Shown one piece after another: positions 55,022 through 64,000 of a stretch of DNA of 64,000 nucleotides; the first letter of the stretch is position 1; every line of letters starts with the position of its first letter. The translations under genes were made by a program, and so were the position numbers. The stretch spans positions 29,122 to 93,121 of the IMG/VR virus record IMGVR_UViG_3300032030_000021; one strand, given 5' to 3'. This DNA comes from a virus (lineage: Duplodnaviria; Heunggongvirae; Uroviricota; Caudoviricetes). The notes under the pieces are model-generated. The model was not told where the DNA came from, ran no database searches, and saw only the letters and a list, made by a program, of their open reading frames with translations.

Positions 55022-56905
55022 TTATTGTATATATTTGAAATTGCCTGTAGTGACTAATTCCTTATCTTTATTTAATACATATAATATACCATCACTTACT
55101 TTATTAGGAAGAATATTTCCTTGTACTTTAAATATGACACCATTTGGATTCCTGCCAATTTCCGGAAATACCGCTCCTTCAATTTTTAGATAAAAAAAAT
55201 CAACTTTTGATTTATATGCATTGAGATTCAAGCATATATTTTCCGTTACTAAGGGATGTACAATTACATCATTGATTTTGTGTGCTTGAAAAAATACCGG
55301 TTTTATAATATTAGTCTTATATTCTTTGGCGTTCTCAACTTGCACAACATTTTTATTAATTTTATTAACTGCGTGTATAATATAATTTAACATTTCTGCT
55401 GTATTTAATTTTACCGGAGTATCTTCAAATTCCGGACTATCTAAATCTGTTAATATTAAGTATTTATAAACATCCGGAGTTAGCGGGACCAAGTTTGATG
55501 ATATGGTTGTTATGGCTTCGGTATCATCCATTATAACGGCGGATGCTACCATATACATTCCGGGTACATATTCTATCCAATTTTCTATACCTAAACTCGA
55601 TTTCTTAAAAATATGAGTCTCTATAGACTTAACAGGATCTCCTTCGAAATCTTCGGGAACGATTGCTTCCTCCGGCATAAGAATACCCAGGTCTTCATCG
55701 TCCGGATTGATTATGGATAATATATATTCTATTTTGAATCTATTCGGTGGAATATTCACATTATATGTTTCTAATAAGTATTCTAATATGTTAGAATATG
55801 TCCGATTGTATTCAAGTTCTACTAATATGTTCGATTTATACGGAACAAATCCTATATTGAGGTGTAGATAGTCGGATATAGCATCGGATATCAATAGATT
55901 ATAAGTCCCTATGCTTGAATTGCTGATTATATTAAAATGATCATCCGCCGCTTCTACGGGTGTAATACTTATTGCTACGGATGAACCGGTGTTGTTTAAC
56001 ACATCCGCTTCCCCACATACGCTTATACGCCAGTCTTTCCAATCATCATCATAAATCAGAGACCACGGATCGATTATATATAAATCCACATATTCCGCGT
56101 ACCTGTGTTCTTTATATACGTGATATGGAGATGCTTTATACATATCGGGGGTTACAAGATAACAGCCCAGCACTACTTCTATACCAGATATCCAAGTTGT
56201 GAATTTTACGGCATAATTGCATTTCCGATAGTTGTCTATTTTAAACCAAGGAATATTCAGGCGCAGTTTTCTCGTTTTAATGTTCTCCGGCGGAACCGGA
56301 TCCGGTTTTTCCGGATCTATATAATCCGGAAGGAACTTATCGCTATAGTTATTCTCGATTATTCTTACCAAAATACCATCTATGTGTGTGATATTGGTAA
56401 TATTACCTTCACTATCCACCTCATAATCATATATATCTTGTTTAGAAGATGTAATCTTGTCGGTTTTAACCATAACATTTCTGCCTACCCAGCTTTCATC
56501 CGCCGGATTATCTATTATAGTTACATAGGCACATCCGCCGGATATTTTATTGACCGATATATAACCTTCCCCATACTTTTCGGTCCAATCATTGCCGGGT
56601 CCGTATGATACGAATCTATATGTATCGTATTGAAAAGGAATATTATAATATAAGTTCGTATCTTTTCTGAGATTATAAACATTATCTTCTATCAGGCTGC
56701 TTACGAATTGTATGTAATCAATACTGTGACGGTATCTTAGATTATAATCGTCCTCGTGCTGATGCCCTTCCGGAATCTCCGGCGGAACTTTATCATAAAC
56801 TATATATCTATAAGAGCGGTCATCAACGATCGCCTCATCACTTACGGATATAGCATATTGAAATCCCTTATTATCCCAGATTATATTTATAGGTATATTT
56901 AACAT
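55022..56905 (-). CDS. hypothetical large structural protein (baseplate/tail module)
   Basis: 627-aa ORF immediately upstream (minus strand) of the gp25-like gene. Confidence 0.4.
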   Translation of the reverse strand: MLNIPINIIWDNKGFQYAISVSDEAIVDDRSYRYIVYDKVPPEIPEGHQHEDDYNLRYRHSIDYIQFVSSLIEDNVYNLRKDTNLYYNIPFQYDTYRFVSYGPGNDWTEKYGEGYISVNKISGGCAYVTIIDNPADESWVGRNVMVKTDKITSSKQDIYDYEVDSEGNITNITHIDGILVRIIENNYSDKFLPDYIDPEKPDPVPPENIKTRKLRLNIPWFKIDNYRKCNYAVKFTTWISGIEVVLGCYLVTPDMYKASPYHVYKEHRYAEYVDLYIIDPWSLIYDDDWKDWRISVCGEADVLNNTGSSVAISITPVEAADDHFNIISNSSIGTYNLLISDAISDYLHLNIGFVPYKSNILVELEYNRTYSNILEYLLETYNVNIPPNRFKIEYILSIINPDDEDLGILMPEEAIVPEDFEGDPVKSIETHIFKKSSLGIENWIEYVPGMYMVASAVIMDDTEAITTISSNLVPLTPDVYKYLILTDLDSPEFEDTPVKLNTAEMLNYIIHAVNKINKNVVQVENAKEYKTNIIKPVFFQAHKINDVIVHPLVTENICLNLNAYKSKVDFFYLKIEGAVFPEIGRNPNGVIFKVQGNILPNKVSDGILYVLNKDKELVTTGNFKYIQ

Positions 56906-56914
56906 GTCTAACTA

Positions 56915-57562
56915 TTAATCAACGCAAAAATCAATATCAATATTATTAAAACGAAATGTAACCTCAAACGTCTCTTTTTGCCGCTCTATTTTGTCATAAG
57001 AAAAATCCAATCCATCTATACCGGAGATCTCCGGCTGCATTAATATAACCTTAACCATTGGCTCTCCGATTTCGTTTAGAATGAAAAGAGTAAAATTATC
57101 TTTATAGCTTCCGAATAATTCCGGCTTGACATATCTATAAAATATAGTTTCATACATCATCCAATAATTCAAAAGACCTTGGTTTTGCCGGAAAGATATT
57201 CTAAATTCATTATCAATTTTATCTAGCGGGTTGCCGGAGTTCATAGAGCTATGAATATGGTGCGGCTCTACATTGATTTTGCCACCAATACCCGGTATAT
57301 GCTTCATAGAATTATGCCCGACTTGTTCTTGTTCTTGTATCAGATCTTGTATGCCCGGAAAAGACACGCCCGTAATGGATTCATTAAGATAATTTATACT
57401 GCTAGTCAAGACTCCCTGATTTTTACTCAAAACGGTATCGTACTTGTCCAAAACCTCTTTTGGAAAGTAGTCTTTAGGTAACAGAATGCGGAAAAGATCA
57501 AATCTCGGAGCAAGACTTAACATGGTTTGTTTTTTTTTTATAAAAAATAAATTCCGACACAA
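56915..57562 (-). CDS. hypothetical protein (tail module)
   Basis: 215-aa ORF, first gene of the minus-strand cluster. Confidence 0.4.
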   Translation of the reverse strand: MCRNLFFIKKKQTMLSLAPRFDLFRILLPKDYFPKEVLDKYDTVLSKNQGVLTSSINYLNESITGVSFPGIQDLIQEQEQVGHNSMKHIPGIGGKINVEPHHIHSSMNSGNPLDKIDNEFRISFRQNQGLLNYWMMYETIFYRYVKPELFGSYKDNFTLFILNEIGEPMVKVILMQPEISGIDGLDFSYDKIERQKETFEVTFRFNNIDIDFCVD

Positions 57563-57617
57563 TCAGGCTTAAGAAAATCCGTTAATAGATTATATATATT
57601 CAAAATAATTATACTCT

Positions 57618-58337
57618 ATGAAAATCATTGGAATATCGGATATGCATGGACAGTTGCCGGATCCCGGAGTCTTTCCGGAAGGGGATGTTCTCTGCATCGC
57701 CGGCGACATATCTCCACTGAAGGCACAACGTAACCCACCGCAGATGATATCCTGGCTTAGAAAGAGATTTATTAATTGGATTGAAGATCTTCCGATTAAA
57801 AAAGTGTTTTTGGTGGCCGGAAATCATGATTTTGTGTTTGAAAATCCGGAGTTTAAAGAAGAGGCCATATCTTCTTTAAATATCCTTAGTACTAAAATTA
57901 CATATTTAGAAGATTCGTCCGCCGAGTATGAAGGGAAAGTTTTTTACGGGTCTCCCTGGGTAATCGGACCCAAGGGATGGGCATTTTATGATGAAGATCT
58001 AGATAATATTGTTAAAACTATGCCGATTGATGCGGATGTCTGCATTTTCCATCAACCGTTGTGCTTTGGGAATAATGGGCGAGTCTTGCAAGTACCCTCT
58101 TGGATGATAGGCAAGACTATCTCATTTCCGGTTACTGATGAATTTTTCCATCCGGATTATGGAAGTGCCATATTAGACGAATTAGCTATATTAAGACATC
58201 CTAAAATCATACTTACCGGACATGTGCATTCCGGAAATCATAATATTTCGGAACTTTTTAATACTAAAATCATTAATGTTTCTATTTTAGATGAAGATTA
58301 TAAGATCAAATATAATCCATTCGAAATTTCTATATAA
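57618..58337 (+). CDS. calcineurin-like metallophosphoesterase
   Basis: IGISDMHGQ ... CIAGDIS ... LVAGNHDF ... GHVH. Confidence 0.6.
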   Translation: MKIIGISDMHGQLPDPGVFPEGDVLCIAGDISPLKAQRNPPQMISWLRKRFINWIEDLPIKKVFLVAGNHDFVFENPEFKEEAISSLNILSTKITYLEDSSAEYEGKVFYGSPWVIGPKGWAFYDEDLDNIVKTMPIDADVCIFHQPLCFGNNGRVLQVPSWMIGKTISFPVTDEFFHPDYGSAILDELAILRHPKIILTGHVHSGNHNISELFNTKIINVSILDEDYKIKYNPFEISI

Positions 58338-58387
58338 TCTTAATAAAAACGGAAACGGATTATATAATATCATAAAAATATAAGATT

Positions 58388-59011
58388 ATGGGATATCAGA
58401 TTACCTTTAAACCACCTAAAGAGTTTGTAGACGCAAAGTTAAAAAAAGTTTCTAATTCCGGCCCTATGATTAACGACCTTAAAGATATTCATATGGAGCT
58501 GTTATTACTCTGCATGAAGCCTGCGGATGATTCGATTTATAAAACCATAAATAAGCTAAGATATTTACTCCGGTCATTATACAACACGATTCGCTTAAAT
58601 ACGTTCGCTGATGCGGTCTCTAGATTTGAAGAAGAGGGATATATATGGTATTGTGGTTGGAATTTCTCACGAGATGAATGCGACTGGGATTTAGAAGAAA
58701 CCATATCGAACCAAATGGAGGCTTTTATCATACTCAAGGAGTTAGTGAATACACCAGATTGGTTTGACGATCATGAAAAATTCTACGAAAAGCTCAATAC
58801 GATCAAAGAGGAGATTTCCGGATTTAAAGAAATCTGTGAGGAAATCGCTATTTATGAAGTAATGGATCTGCTCCGCGAATTTGATATATCAAACAAGCCG
58901 GACCCGGATGAAGTCTCCGATGAGTCCGATAAAGTCTCTGATGAGTCCGATAAAGTCTCCGATGAGTCCGATAAAGTCTCCGATGAGTCCGATGAAGCAC
59001 TCGTGAAGTAA
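58388..59011 (+). CDS. hypothetical protein with C-terminal (D-E-S-D-K-V-S) x4 tandem repeats
   Basis: Four 21-bp tandem DNA repeats at 58921..58992. Confidence 0.45.
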   Translation: MGYQITFKPPKEFVDAKLKKVSNSGPMINDLKDIHMELLLLCMKPADDSIYKTINKLRYLLRSLYNTIRLNTFADAVSRFEEEGYIWYCGWNFSRDECDWDLEETISNQMEAFIILKELVNTPDWFDDHEKFYEKLNTIKEEISGFKEICEEIAIYEVMDLLREFDISNKPDPDEVSDESDKVSDESDKVSDESDKVSDESDEALVK

Positions 59012-59039
59012 CCGGATATAATATTTAATTTTAATCAAT

Positions 59040-59444
59040 ATGAATAAAGAGCTTAAAAAAGAATTTGAGTCCGTTGTTCAAAAATACACGGACCTATTTT
59101 GTGAAAAAATGTACGGCGCCCCTAGAGATCCCGAGGATTATTGGGCTGGGGAAGACGTCGGTGGTATCATCAGTATCGGAGATGAATTTTGGGGATTTGA
59201 TCAGATTCGCGAGACGATTGATAATGATTATGATCCCAAACAGGTATTTGCTTGGTATGATTATTGTGTGAGACTCGGATCTATTGATCCCGGCATTTCA
59301 ACCCCTAATCTATCTCAATGGATGAGGGGGTGTCCTAGATATACCGAGGAGCAGATATCCGCTATGGAAGGCTTAATCAAACAGCATATTGCGTCTATTG
59401 AATCATTCAAAAGGGATCTCCCCGGAAAGGAGGCGGAATGTTAA
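59040..59444 (+). CDS. hypothetical protein
   Basis: 134-aa ORF whose end overlaps the start of the sigma gene. Confidence 0.4.
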   Translation: MNKELKKEFESVVQKYTDLFCEKMYGAPRDPEDYWAGEDVGGIISIGDEFWGFDQIRETIDNDYDPKQVFAWYDYCVRLGSIDPGISTPNLSQWMRGCPRYTEEQISAMEGLIKQHIASIESFKRDLPGKEAEC

Positions 59445-60040
59445 ATATAACAAATGAAGACATTCGTCCATATAAATATTTAGTAGACAAAATTGCCTGG
59501 CAGGAATATAAGAATAGTCAGGTTTTATTAGAAGACCTTAAAGGATATGGTTATGAGGGGTTATTAGATGCCTTTCAAACATACGATCCCAATAAAGGCC
59601 AGACATTCAAGCAGTATGCCGCATATCGGATATACTATTTTATTCGGAATAACATATATAAAGAAGGTACTACGGTAAGGATGAACTCGTATGTAGTTAA
59701 AGAGCGCAAAACACAAAATCAATCTCTTTATATCATGTCACCAATTGAGTATGAGAAGGGTGGCGAAATTATGTATAGAAACGAACCATCGGAAGATCCG
59801 GCAAATTTTGATAATATATGGGAGCTGGTCCGAAAGGAGATCCGTGCCAAATACAAAGAAAGAGACTTCAAAATTTTCGCCAAATCATTTGGCCTCTATG
59901 GAGAATCCGTAGTTAAGAAATGTGAGGTAGCTAAAGAGTATCACATCACACCGGCGGCGGTTACTCTAAATAACCAGAAGATTATCAAGTTCTTGAAGAC
60001 CAAACCGGAAATTATAGACTCATTGAGAGATCTGTTATAA
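59438..60040 (+). CDS. sigma-70 family RNA polymerase sigma factor (compact, regions 2 and 4)
   Basis: Region 2-like YGYEGLLDAFQTYDPNKGQTFKQYAAYRIYYFIRN. Region 4 HTH CEVAKEYHITPAAVTLNNQKIIKFLK. Strong GGAAAGGAGG RBS. Confidence 0.6.
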   Translation: MLNITNEDIRPYKYLVDKIAWQEYKNSQVLLEDLKGYGYEGLLDAFQTYDPNKGQTFKQYAAYRIYYFIRNNIYKEGTTVRMNSYVVKERKTQNQSLYIMSPIEYEKGGEIMYRNEPSEDPANFDNIWELVRKEIRAKYKERDFKIFAKSFGLYGESVVKKCEVAKEYHITPAAVTLNNQKIIKFLKTKPEIIDSLRDLL

Positions 60041-60080
60041 TTAAAAACATATCGAATAAACAAATAAATAACATAATAAT

Positions 60081-60986
60081 ATGTCGAAACCCAAATTACC
60101 CATTATCGAATTATTCACTAGTATCCAAGGTGAGGGTATGTATGCCGGAGTACCATCCGTATTTGTGAGAGTAACCGGCTGTAATCTCCGGTGTATCTTC
60201 AAGAATTCTATCTGTGATACACCTTATAGTTCTTTTAATCCGGAAAAACCAAAGTTCACTGTAGAAGATGTAGCTAAAGAGTTTATTAACCATCCAAAAG
60301 TCAATCATCTGGTAATTACTGGCGGAGAACCCACATTATATGATCTAGATGGTTTCATAGAGGAACTAAATAGTATCTTGTTTAAAGAAACTGGAATTGA
60401 TCGTGCTTATAATATAGAGGTCACTATTGAAACTAATGGTACCAATGAGATTTCGAAAAAACTTTTGAATACATTAGAATTAATTTCCGTTTCACCTAAG
60501 CTTTCCGCCTCATGCCTTTCGGATCGTGTTATAAAAGAACTAGAAGATCCGAATGGTAATGTGGGTATACAGATCAATGACGGTATTGATGAAAAAGGAA
60601 ATTGTAAAAAGAAAGATGTCTGGGCATCTGCCGAACAACTCCGTAATCATAACAAAAACCGCATCAATATTGATGTTCTGACGGATTTTGCGGATGCATT
60701 TGCCGACGTACAATACAAATTTGTATATTCGGGACCGGAATCTGAAAAAGAGATCTTAGAGATCCGCGATAAGATTGCAGACAAATTACAATTGAGATAT
60801 CCGGATGTAGGATCAGAAGATCTTCGTGAAGTCATCGATGAATATATCTGGTTGATGCCGGAAGGGATAGACTCCGAAAGATTATCCGAGACCGCCAAAG
60901 AAGCGGTAGAGGTATGTATCCGTAACGGATGGCACTATACCGACCGATTGCATATTCGGATCTGGGGTAACGAGCGTAATAAATAA
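60081..60986 (+). CDS. queE: 7-carboxy-7-deazaguanine synthase (QueE, radical SAM)
   Basis: IELFTSIQGEGMYAGVPSVFVRVTGCNLRCIFKNSICDTPYS matches the QueE signature (QGEG...P.vFvRl.GCnLrC..CDTpy). AAATAAATA box upstream. Confidence 0.65.
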   Translation: MSKPKLPIIELFTSIQGEGMYAGVPSVFVRVTGCNLRCIFKNSICDTPYSSFNPEKPKFTVEDVAKEFINHPKVNHLVITGGEPTLYDLDGFIEELNSILFKETGIDRAYNIEVTIETNGTNEISKKLLNTLELISVSPKLSASCLSDRVIKELEDPNGNVGIQINDGIDEKGNCKKKDVWASAEQLRNHNKNRINIDVLTDFADAFADVQYKFVYSGPESEKEILEIRDKIADKLQLRYPDVGSEDLREVIDEYIWLMPEGIDSERLSETAKEAVEVCIRNGWHYTDRLHIRIWGNERNK

Positions 60987-60991
60987 CAATT

Positions 60992-61018
60992 AAGGACCTC
61001 CGATGAGGTCCTTTTTTA
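60992..61018. terminator. bidirectional terminator between queE (+) and the minus-strand tagged-family cluster
   Basis: AAGGACCTCcgatGAGGTCCTT has T-runs on both sides and sits between convergent stops at 60986 and 61016. Confidence 0.7.
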
Positions 61019-61279
61019 TTGGTTGATTCTTATTGGTTTAACACCTTTTATAAGATCCTTTAATTGATTTTGAGTCAAAAAATCCGGTTTTGCTTTGATA
61101 GGATATACTTCAATTATATCAAATTTATGATCCTCGGGACATTCCATATTTTTGGAATAGCTTGATATAGGCATCCAGGTGGGAATATTGTCATATATAT
61201 ACCCGGGTTTGAGCATATCTTTAGTAAACCTTGCCAGGGATCCTTTCCTTCCTATTATAGATTCTTGAAGCGTTTTCAT
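61016..61279 (-). CDS. tagged-family protein (FTKDMLKPGYI subfamily)
   Basis: Starts MKTLQESIIGRKGSLARFTKDMLKPGYI. C-terminus IRINQ. Confidence 0.6.
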   Translation of the reverse strand: MKTLQESIIGRKGSLARFTKDMLKPGYIYDNIPTWMPISSYSKNMECPEDHKFDIIEVYPIKAKPDFLTQNQLKDLIKGVKPIRINQ

Positions 61280-61698
61280 TGATTGATCTTTAATGGATTA
61301 ATATTCCTTACGAGCTTCCCCAATTCTTGGCTGGATAAAAACTCCGGTTTCATTTTAATAGGATACACCTCAATTATATCAAAATCAGAGCCTCCCTTTT
61401 CAGAACATAAATCCTCCGAATAATAAGACAATGGAGACCATCCGGGATGGTCTTCATACTTTTCTTTTGTTATAAATGCACCCATATCATTATTTTTTCG
61501 CAAATGGGTAATAACATGAGATATTGTAAGCGTTTTAGTATCTTGATATTTTTCTATATCTTCAAGACTGAAATACATGCTAAATTCATTATATAGATTA
61601 TATCTATATTTTACAATATATCCGGGTTTGAGCATATCCTTAGTGAACTTTATTGGAGTTCCTTTCCTTCCTATTATGGATTCCTGAAGCGTTTTCAT
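61276..61698 (-). CDS. tagged-family protein (same subfamily)
   Basis: Starts MKTLQESIIGRKGTPIKFTKDMLKPGYI. C-terminus LKINQ. Confidence 0.6.
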   Translation of the reverse strand: MKTLQESIIGRKGTPIKFTKDMLKPGYIVKYRYNLYNEFSMYFSLEDIEKYQDTKTLTISHVITHLRKNNDMGAFITKEKYEDHPGWSPLSYYSEDLCSEKGGSDFDIIEVYPIKMKPEFLSSQELGKLVRNINPLKINQ

Positions 61699-62078
61699 TG
61701 ATTGATTTTTATTGGAGCAACTCCTTTTGTAAGATGTTTTAAATATTCTTGATCCAGGAGTTGGGGTTGTGTTTTAACTGGCCACACTGTTATGATGTCT
61801 AAATTTTTATTACCTCTAGTATGTTTTAGGTCATCATTATATGCACCTACTGGCATCCAAGATAAATCGACATGTTTCATTGAAAAAAATCCACCTTCTC
61901 CGTTCATACGAGGACCCAAGGATCTAGTTCGAGATATTCTTACTGCATCTTCATAATCCAAATACATACCTAACTCACCATCCCGATATTGGACTATATA
62001 CCCCGGCTTGAGCATATCTTTGGTGAACCTTGCCGGAACTCCTTTTCTCCCTATTATAGATTCTTGCAATGTTTTCAT
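61695..62078 (-). CDS. tagged-family protein (same subfamily)
   Basis: Starts MKTLQESIIGRKGVPARFTKDMLKPGYI. C-terminus IKINQ. Confidence 0.6.
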   Translation of the reverse strand: MKTLQESIIGRKGVPARFTKDMLKPGYIVQYRDGELGMYLDYEDAVRISRTRSLGPRMNGEGGFFSMKHVDLSWMPVGAYNDDLKHTRGNKNLDIITVWPVKTQPQLLDQEYLKHLTKGVAPIKINQ

Positions 62079-62081
62079 GTC

Positions 62082-62450
62082 CTATCTGATTTGCATGAAC
62101 ATCCAATTGCCGATGTCATCTATAATATCTTTTAAAATTTCTTTATCTCCACCAATTTCCCTTGCAATCTTATCCAAACTTTGATCATTTAATATTTCAT
62201 CCGGAGCATTTTCTAAAAATTCGTCTATCCACTCCGCTCTTTCCCGGTCGCTAATATCGTGATTTCCCGCTTCCGTTACGGCATTTTTAATTTTATTAAA
62301 AACATCTCTCATAGCATTAAAAGAAACACCATGTTTTTCCGCTAATTCTTCTATTTCAGTATTATTATCAAGAGCCTTTTCTAGTTTAGGGACGATTCTG
62401 CTATAATTAATGCCTTTTCTGCCAATTATGGATTCCGTCAGAGTTTTCAT
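62082..62450 (-). CDS. tagged-family protein, acidic helical member divergent from the sigma gene
   Basis: Starts MKTLTESIIGRKGINYS. Confidence 0.55.
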   Translation of the reverse strand: MKTLTESIIGRKGINYSRIVPKLEKALDNNTEIEELAEKHGVSFNAMRDVFNKIKNAVTEAGNHDISDRERAEWIDEFLENAPDEILNDQSLDKIAREIGGDKEILKDIIDDIGNWMFMQIR

Positions 62451-62517
62451 ATAATTTTATTTTCTTTTTAAAAAAATAAAAAAGTCCGGTTATATATATC
62501 AAAATTAATGGTTCAAA

Positions 62518-63495
62518 ATGTCCGGAAAGAAAAAGAAAAAAATTCCCCGATACATAGCGGATACCGACGATAAAAACATATTGCAACGATATTTTGAAGA
62601 AGTAGGCAAGATTTATGAGGATAATGATAATGAGTTTGATATTGAATATTGCGAAGAAAATCGAGATAAACTTTTGAAGATGAATTTAAAATGCGTTATC
62701 AAGACCGCTAAAGGATATCGAGGAAGAGGTTTATCATTAGAGGAATTGATTTCCGCGGGAAACGAAGGATTATGCATTGCCTGGGATAAATATAATCCTA
62801 AACGCAATAAAATCAGGGAAAAGATTTTTAATGATATTAATGCTTGTAATGATATGATTCCTAAACAGTGGATCATAGAGCATATTGGCGAATATTGTGA
62901 GTACGGGAGGTATAAAGAAAAATTCTCAAAGAAATTCGTTAACGTTAAAAAAACCGAGTTTACAAAAGAAGAAGTCTTATCCTGGGTAGATAAAAATATC
63001 ACCAAAGCCACATTTAATTCGGTAGCTATGCTTTGGGTCAATGCATACATCCGCCAAGAATTAAATAAGAACTCCCGCATGGTAAAGAAACCGATCAAAG
63101 ACATCCAGGCGGAAATCCGGGGCGATGCACCAAAAGAATTCCTATTAGATATATCTTCTCCATTAGATGTCGGGTCCAATAACATCACCCTAGATGAAAA
63201 ACTAGACCTAGCTGATAGCGAACACATGGATATAGATGATGAGGATACTTTTGTTATGCTTCATGACACCCTTAAAACATTATTTACAAATATCAATATA
63301 AGAGACCGGCGACTGGTGCTGCAAAGATTTGGTGTAGGATATGTAAGACCATTTCAACCGCGAGAGATTGCGGAAAGGGAAAATATATCGGTTGCCCGAG
63401 TCAGTCAAATATTATCCGACACTATCAAGAAAATGCAAAAGAATGCCGAAATATACGGATTAAAAGGAGAAGATATATTATCATATTTTGAATAA
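62518..63495 (+). CDS. sigma-70 family sigma factor-like protein (second copy)
   Basis: Region 2-like LEELISAGNEGLCIAWDKYNPKRN. C-terminal region 4.2-like REIAERENISVARVSQILSDTIKKMQK. GGTTATATATATC box upstream. Confidence 0.55.
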   Translation: MSGKKKKKIPRYIADTDDKNILQRYFEEVGKIYEDNDNEFDIEYCEENRDKLLKMNLKCVIKTAKGYRGRGLSLEELISAGNEGLCIAWDKYNPKRNKIREKIFNDINACNDMIPKQWIIEHIGEYCEYGRYKEKFSKKFVNVKKTEFTKEEVLSWVDKNITKATFNSVAMLWVNAYIRQELNKNSRMVKKPIKDIQAEIRGDAPKEFLLDISSPLDVGSNNITLDEKLDLADSEHMDIDDEDTFVMLHDTLKTLFTNINIRDRRLVLQRFGVGYVRPFQPREIAERENISVARVSQILSDTIKKMQKNAEIYGLKGEDILSYFE

Positions 63496-63506
63496 AAAGA
63501 TTAATT

Positions 63507-63695
63507 ATGGAAAACGGTGACTTTATAGCGGAAATTATCGCGATAATGCCACCTGATCATCACATAACTCCGGTGTACGACGAGGAGTCCGGAAATGTAT
63601 ATGGGTGGGTAATAATGGAAGGCAATAAAGAGATTACAAGTGTAATAGAATCTATTGAGGATCTTAAAAATTGGGAAAAATTTATCATAGTATGA
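63507..63695 (+). CDS. small hypothetical protein
   Basis: 62-aa ORF after the sigma gene. Confidence 0.3.
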   Translation: MENGDFIAEIIAIMPPDHHITPVYDEESGNVYGWVIMEGNKEITSVIESIEDLKNWEKFIIV

Positions 63696-63773
63696 TAACA
63701 CCTAAGCCGGTTTTATTATGGTCTTAAATATTATATGCTGACCGAATATATTCTCTAAAAGGGTTTATTAAAA

Positions 63774-64000
63774 ATGAATAGAGATTATATATCATATAAA
63801 AAACACATCGTATTGTGGGTAATTATATTGATTATATTTCTTATTTTTGCCGCACATCAAGCTAACGGGCAAGAAATCAAAGAGTATTATAAGACAAATG
63901 TGTGCCTGACATTCACAAATGGTGATATTATGGAGGATATCTGGGAGATGCGGCATGACTTTGATAACATCAATGATTTGGTATTTTTCAATATGCGTCC
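63774..64000 (+). CDS. hypothetical membrane protein, 5' partial (runs off window end)
   Basis: MNRDYISYKKHIVLWVIILIIFLIFAAH has a TM helix. A GATTATATATCAT box overlaps the start. Confidence 0.3.
   Translation, partial: MNRDYISYKKHIVLWVIILIIFLIFAAHQANGQEIKEYYKTNVCLTFTNGDIMEDIWEMRHDFDNINDLVFFNMR

Noticed and set aside
1-64000. CRISPR arrays and tRNA genes
   Set aside because: All tandem repeats seen are in-frame coding repeats (LRR, scaffold, DESDKVS, ETETE) without unique spacers. No cloverleaf-like segments or GTTCGA-type T-arm motifs were spotted in intergenic regions by eye. A tRNA scan was not possible.

Overview
This window looks like a low-GC (~36%) dsDNA phage genome segment of the myovirus type. 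It contains a T4 gp21-like prohead protease fused to a repeat-rich scaffold domain, a contractile tail sheath, a gp23-like major capsid protein, a gp25-like baseplate protein, a family-B DNA polymerase, an SF2 helicase and a gp32-like SSB. Accessory content is dense: (1) about 29 small genes on both strands share one N-terminal 13-mer (M-K/R-T/H/S-L/I-x-E-S-I-I-G-R-K/R-G/N) that resembles the T4 internal-protein capsid-targeting sequence and carries the [LI]-x-E site cleaved by T4-type prohead proteases; (2) a 7-deazaguanine DNA-modification toolkit (QueE, two TGT-family DpdA-like proteins, a ParB-like partner) together with a short PurA-family (PurZ-like) enzyme; (3) giant modular tail-fibre proteins built from BspA-type 23-residue LRRs; (4) two sigma-70-family factors and two distinct conserved promoter-like motifs; (5) tandem Vsr-like homing-endonuclease paralogs; (6) a phage-encoded flotillin/SPFH protein; (7) a ~100-nt conserved intergenic element present three times. 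All calls rest on motif recognition from memory and by-eye alignment; none has been checked by a search.
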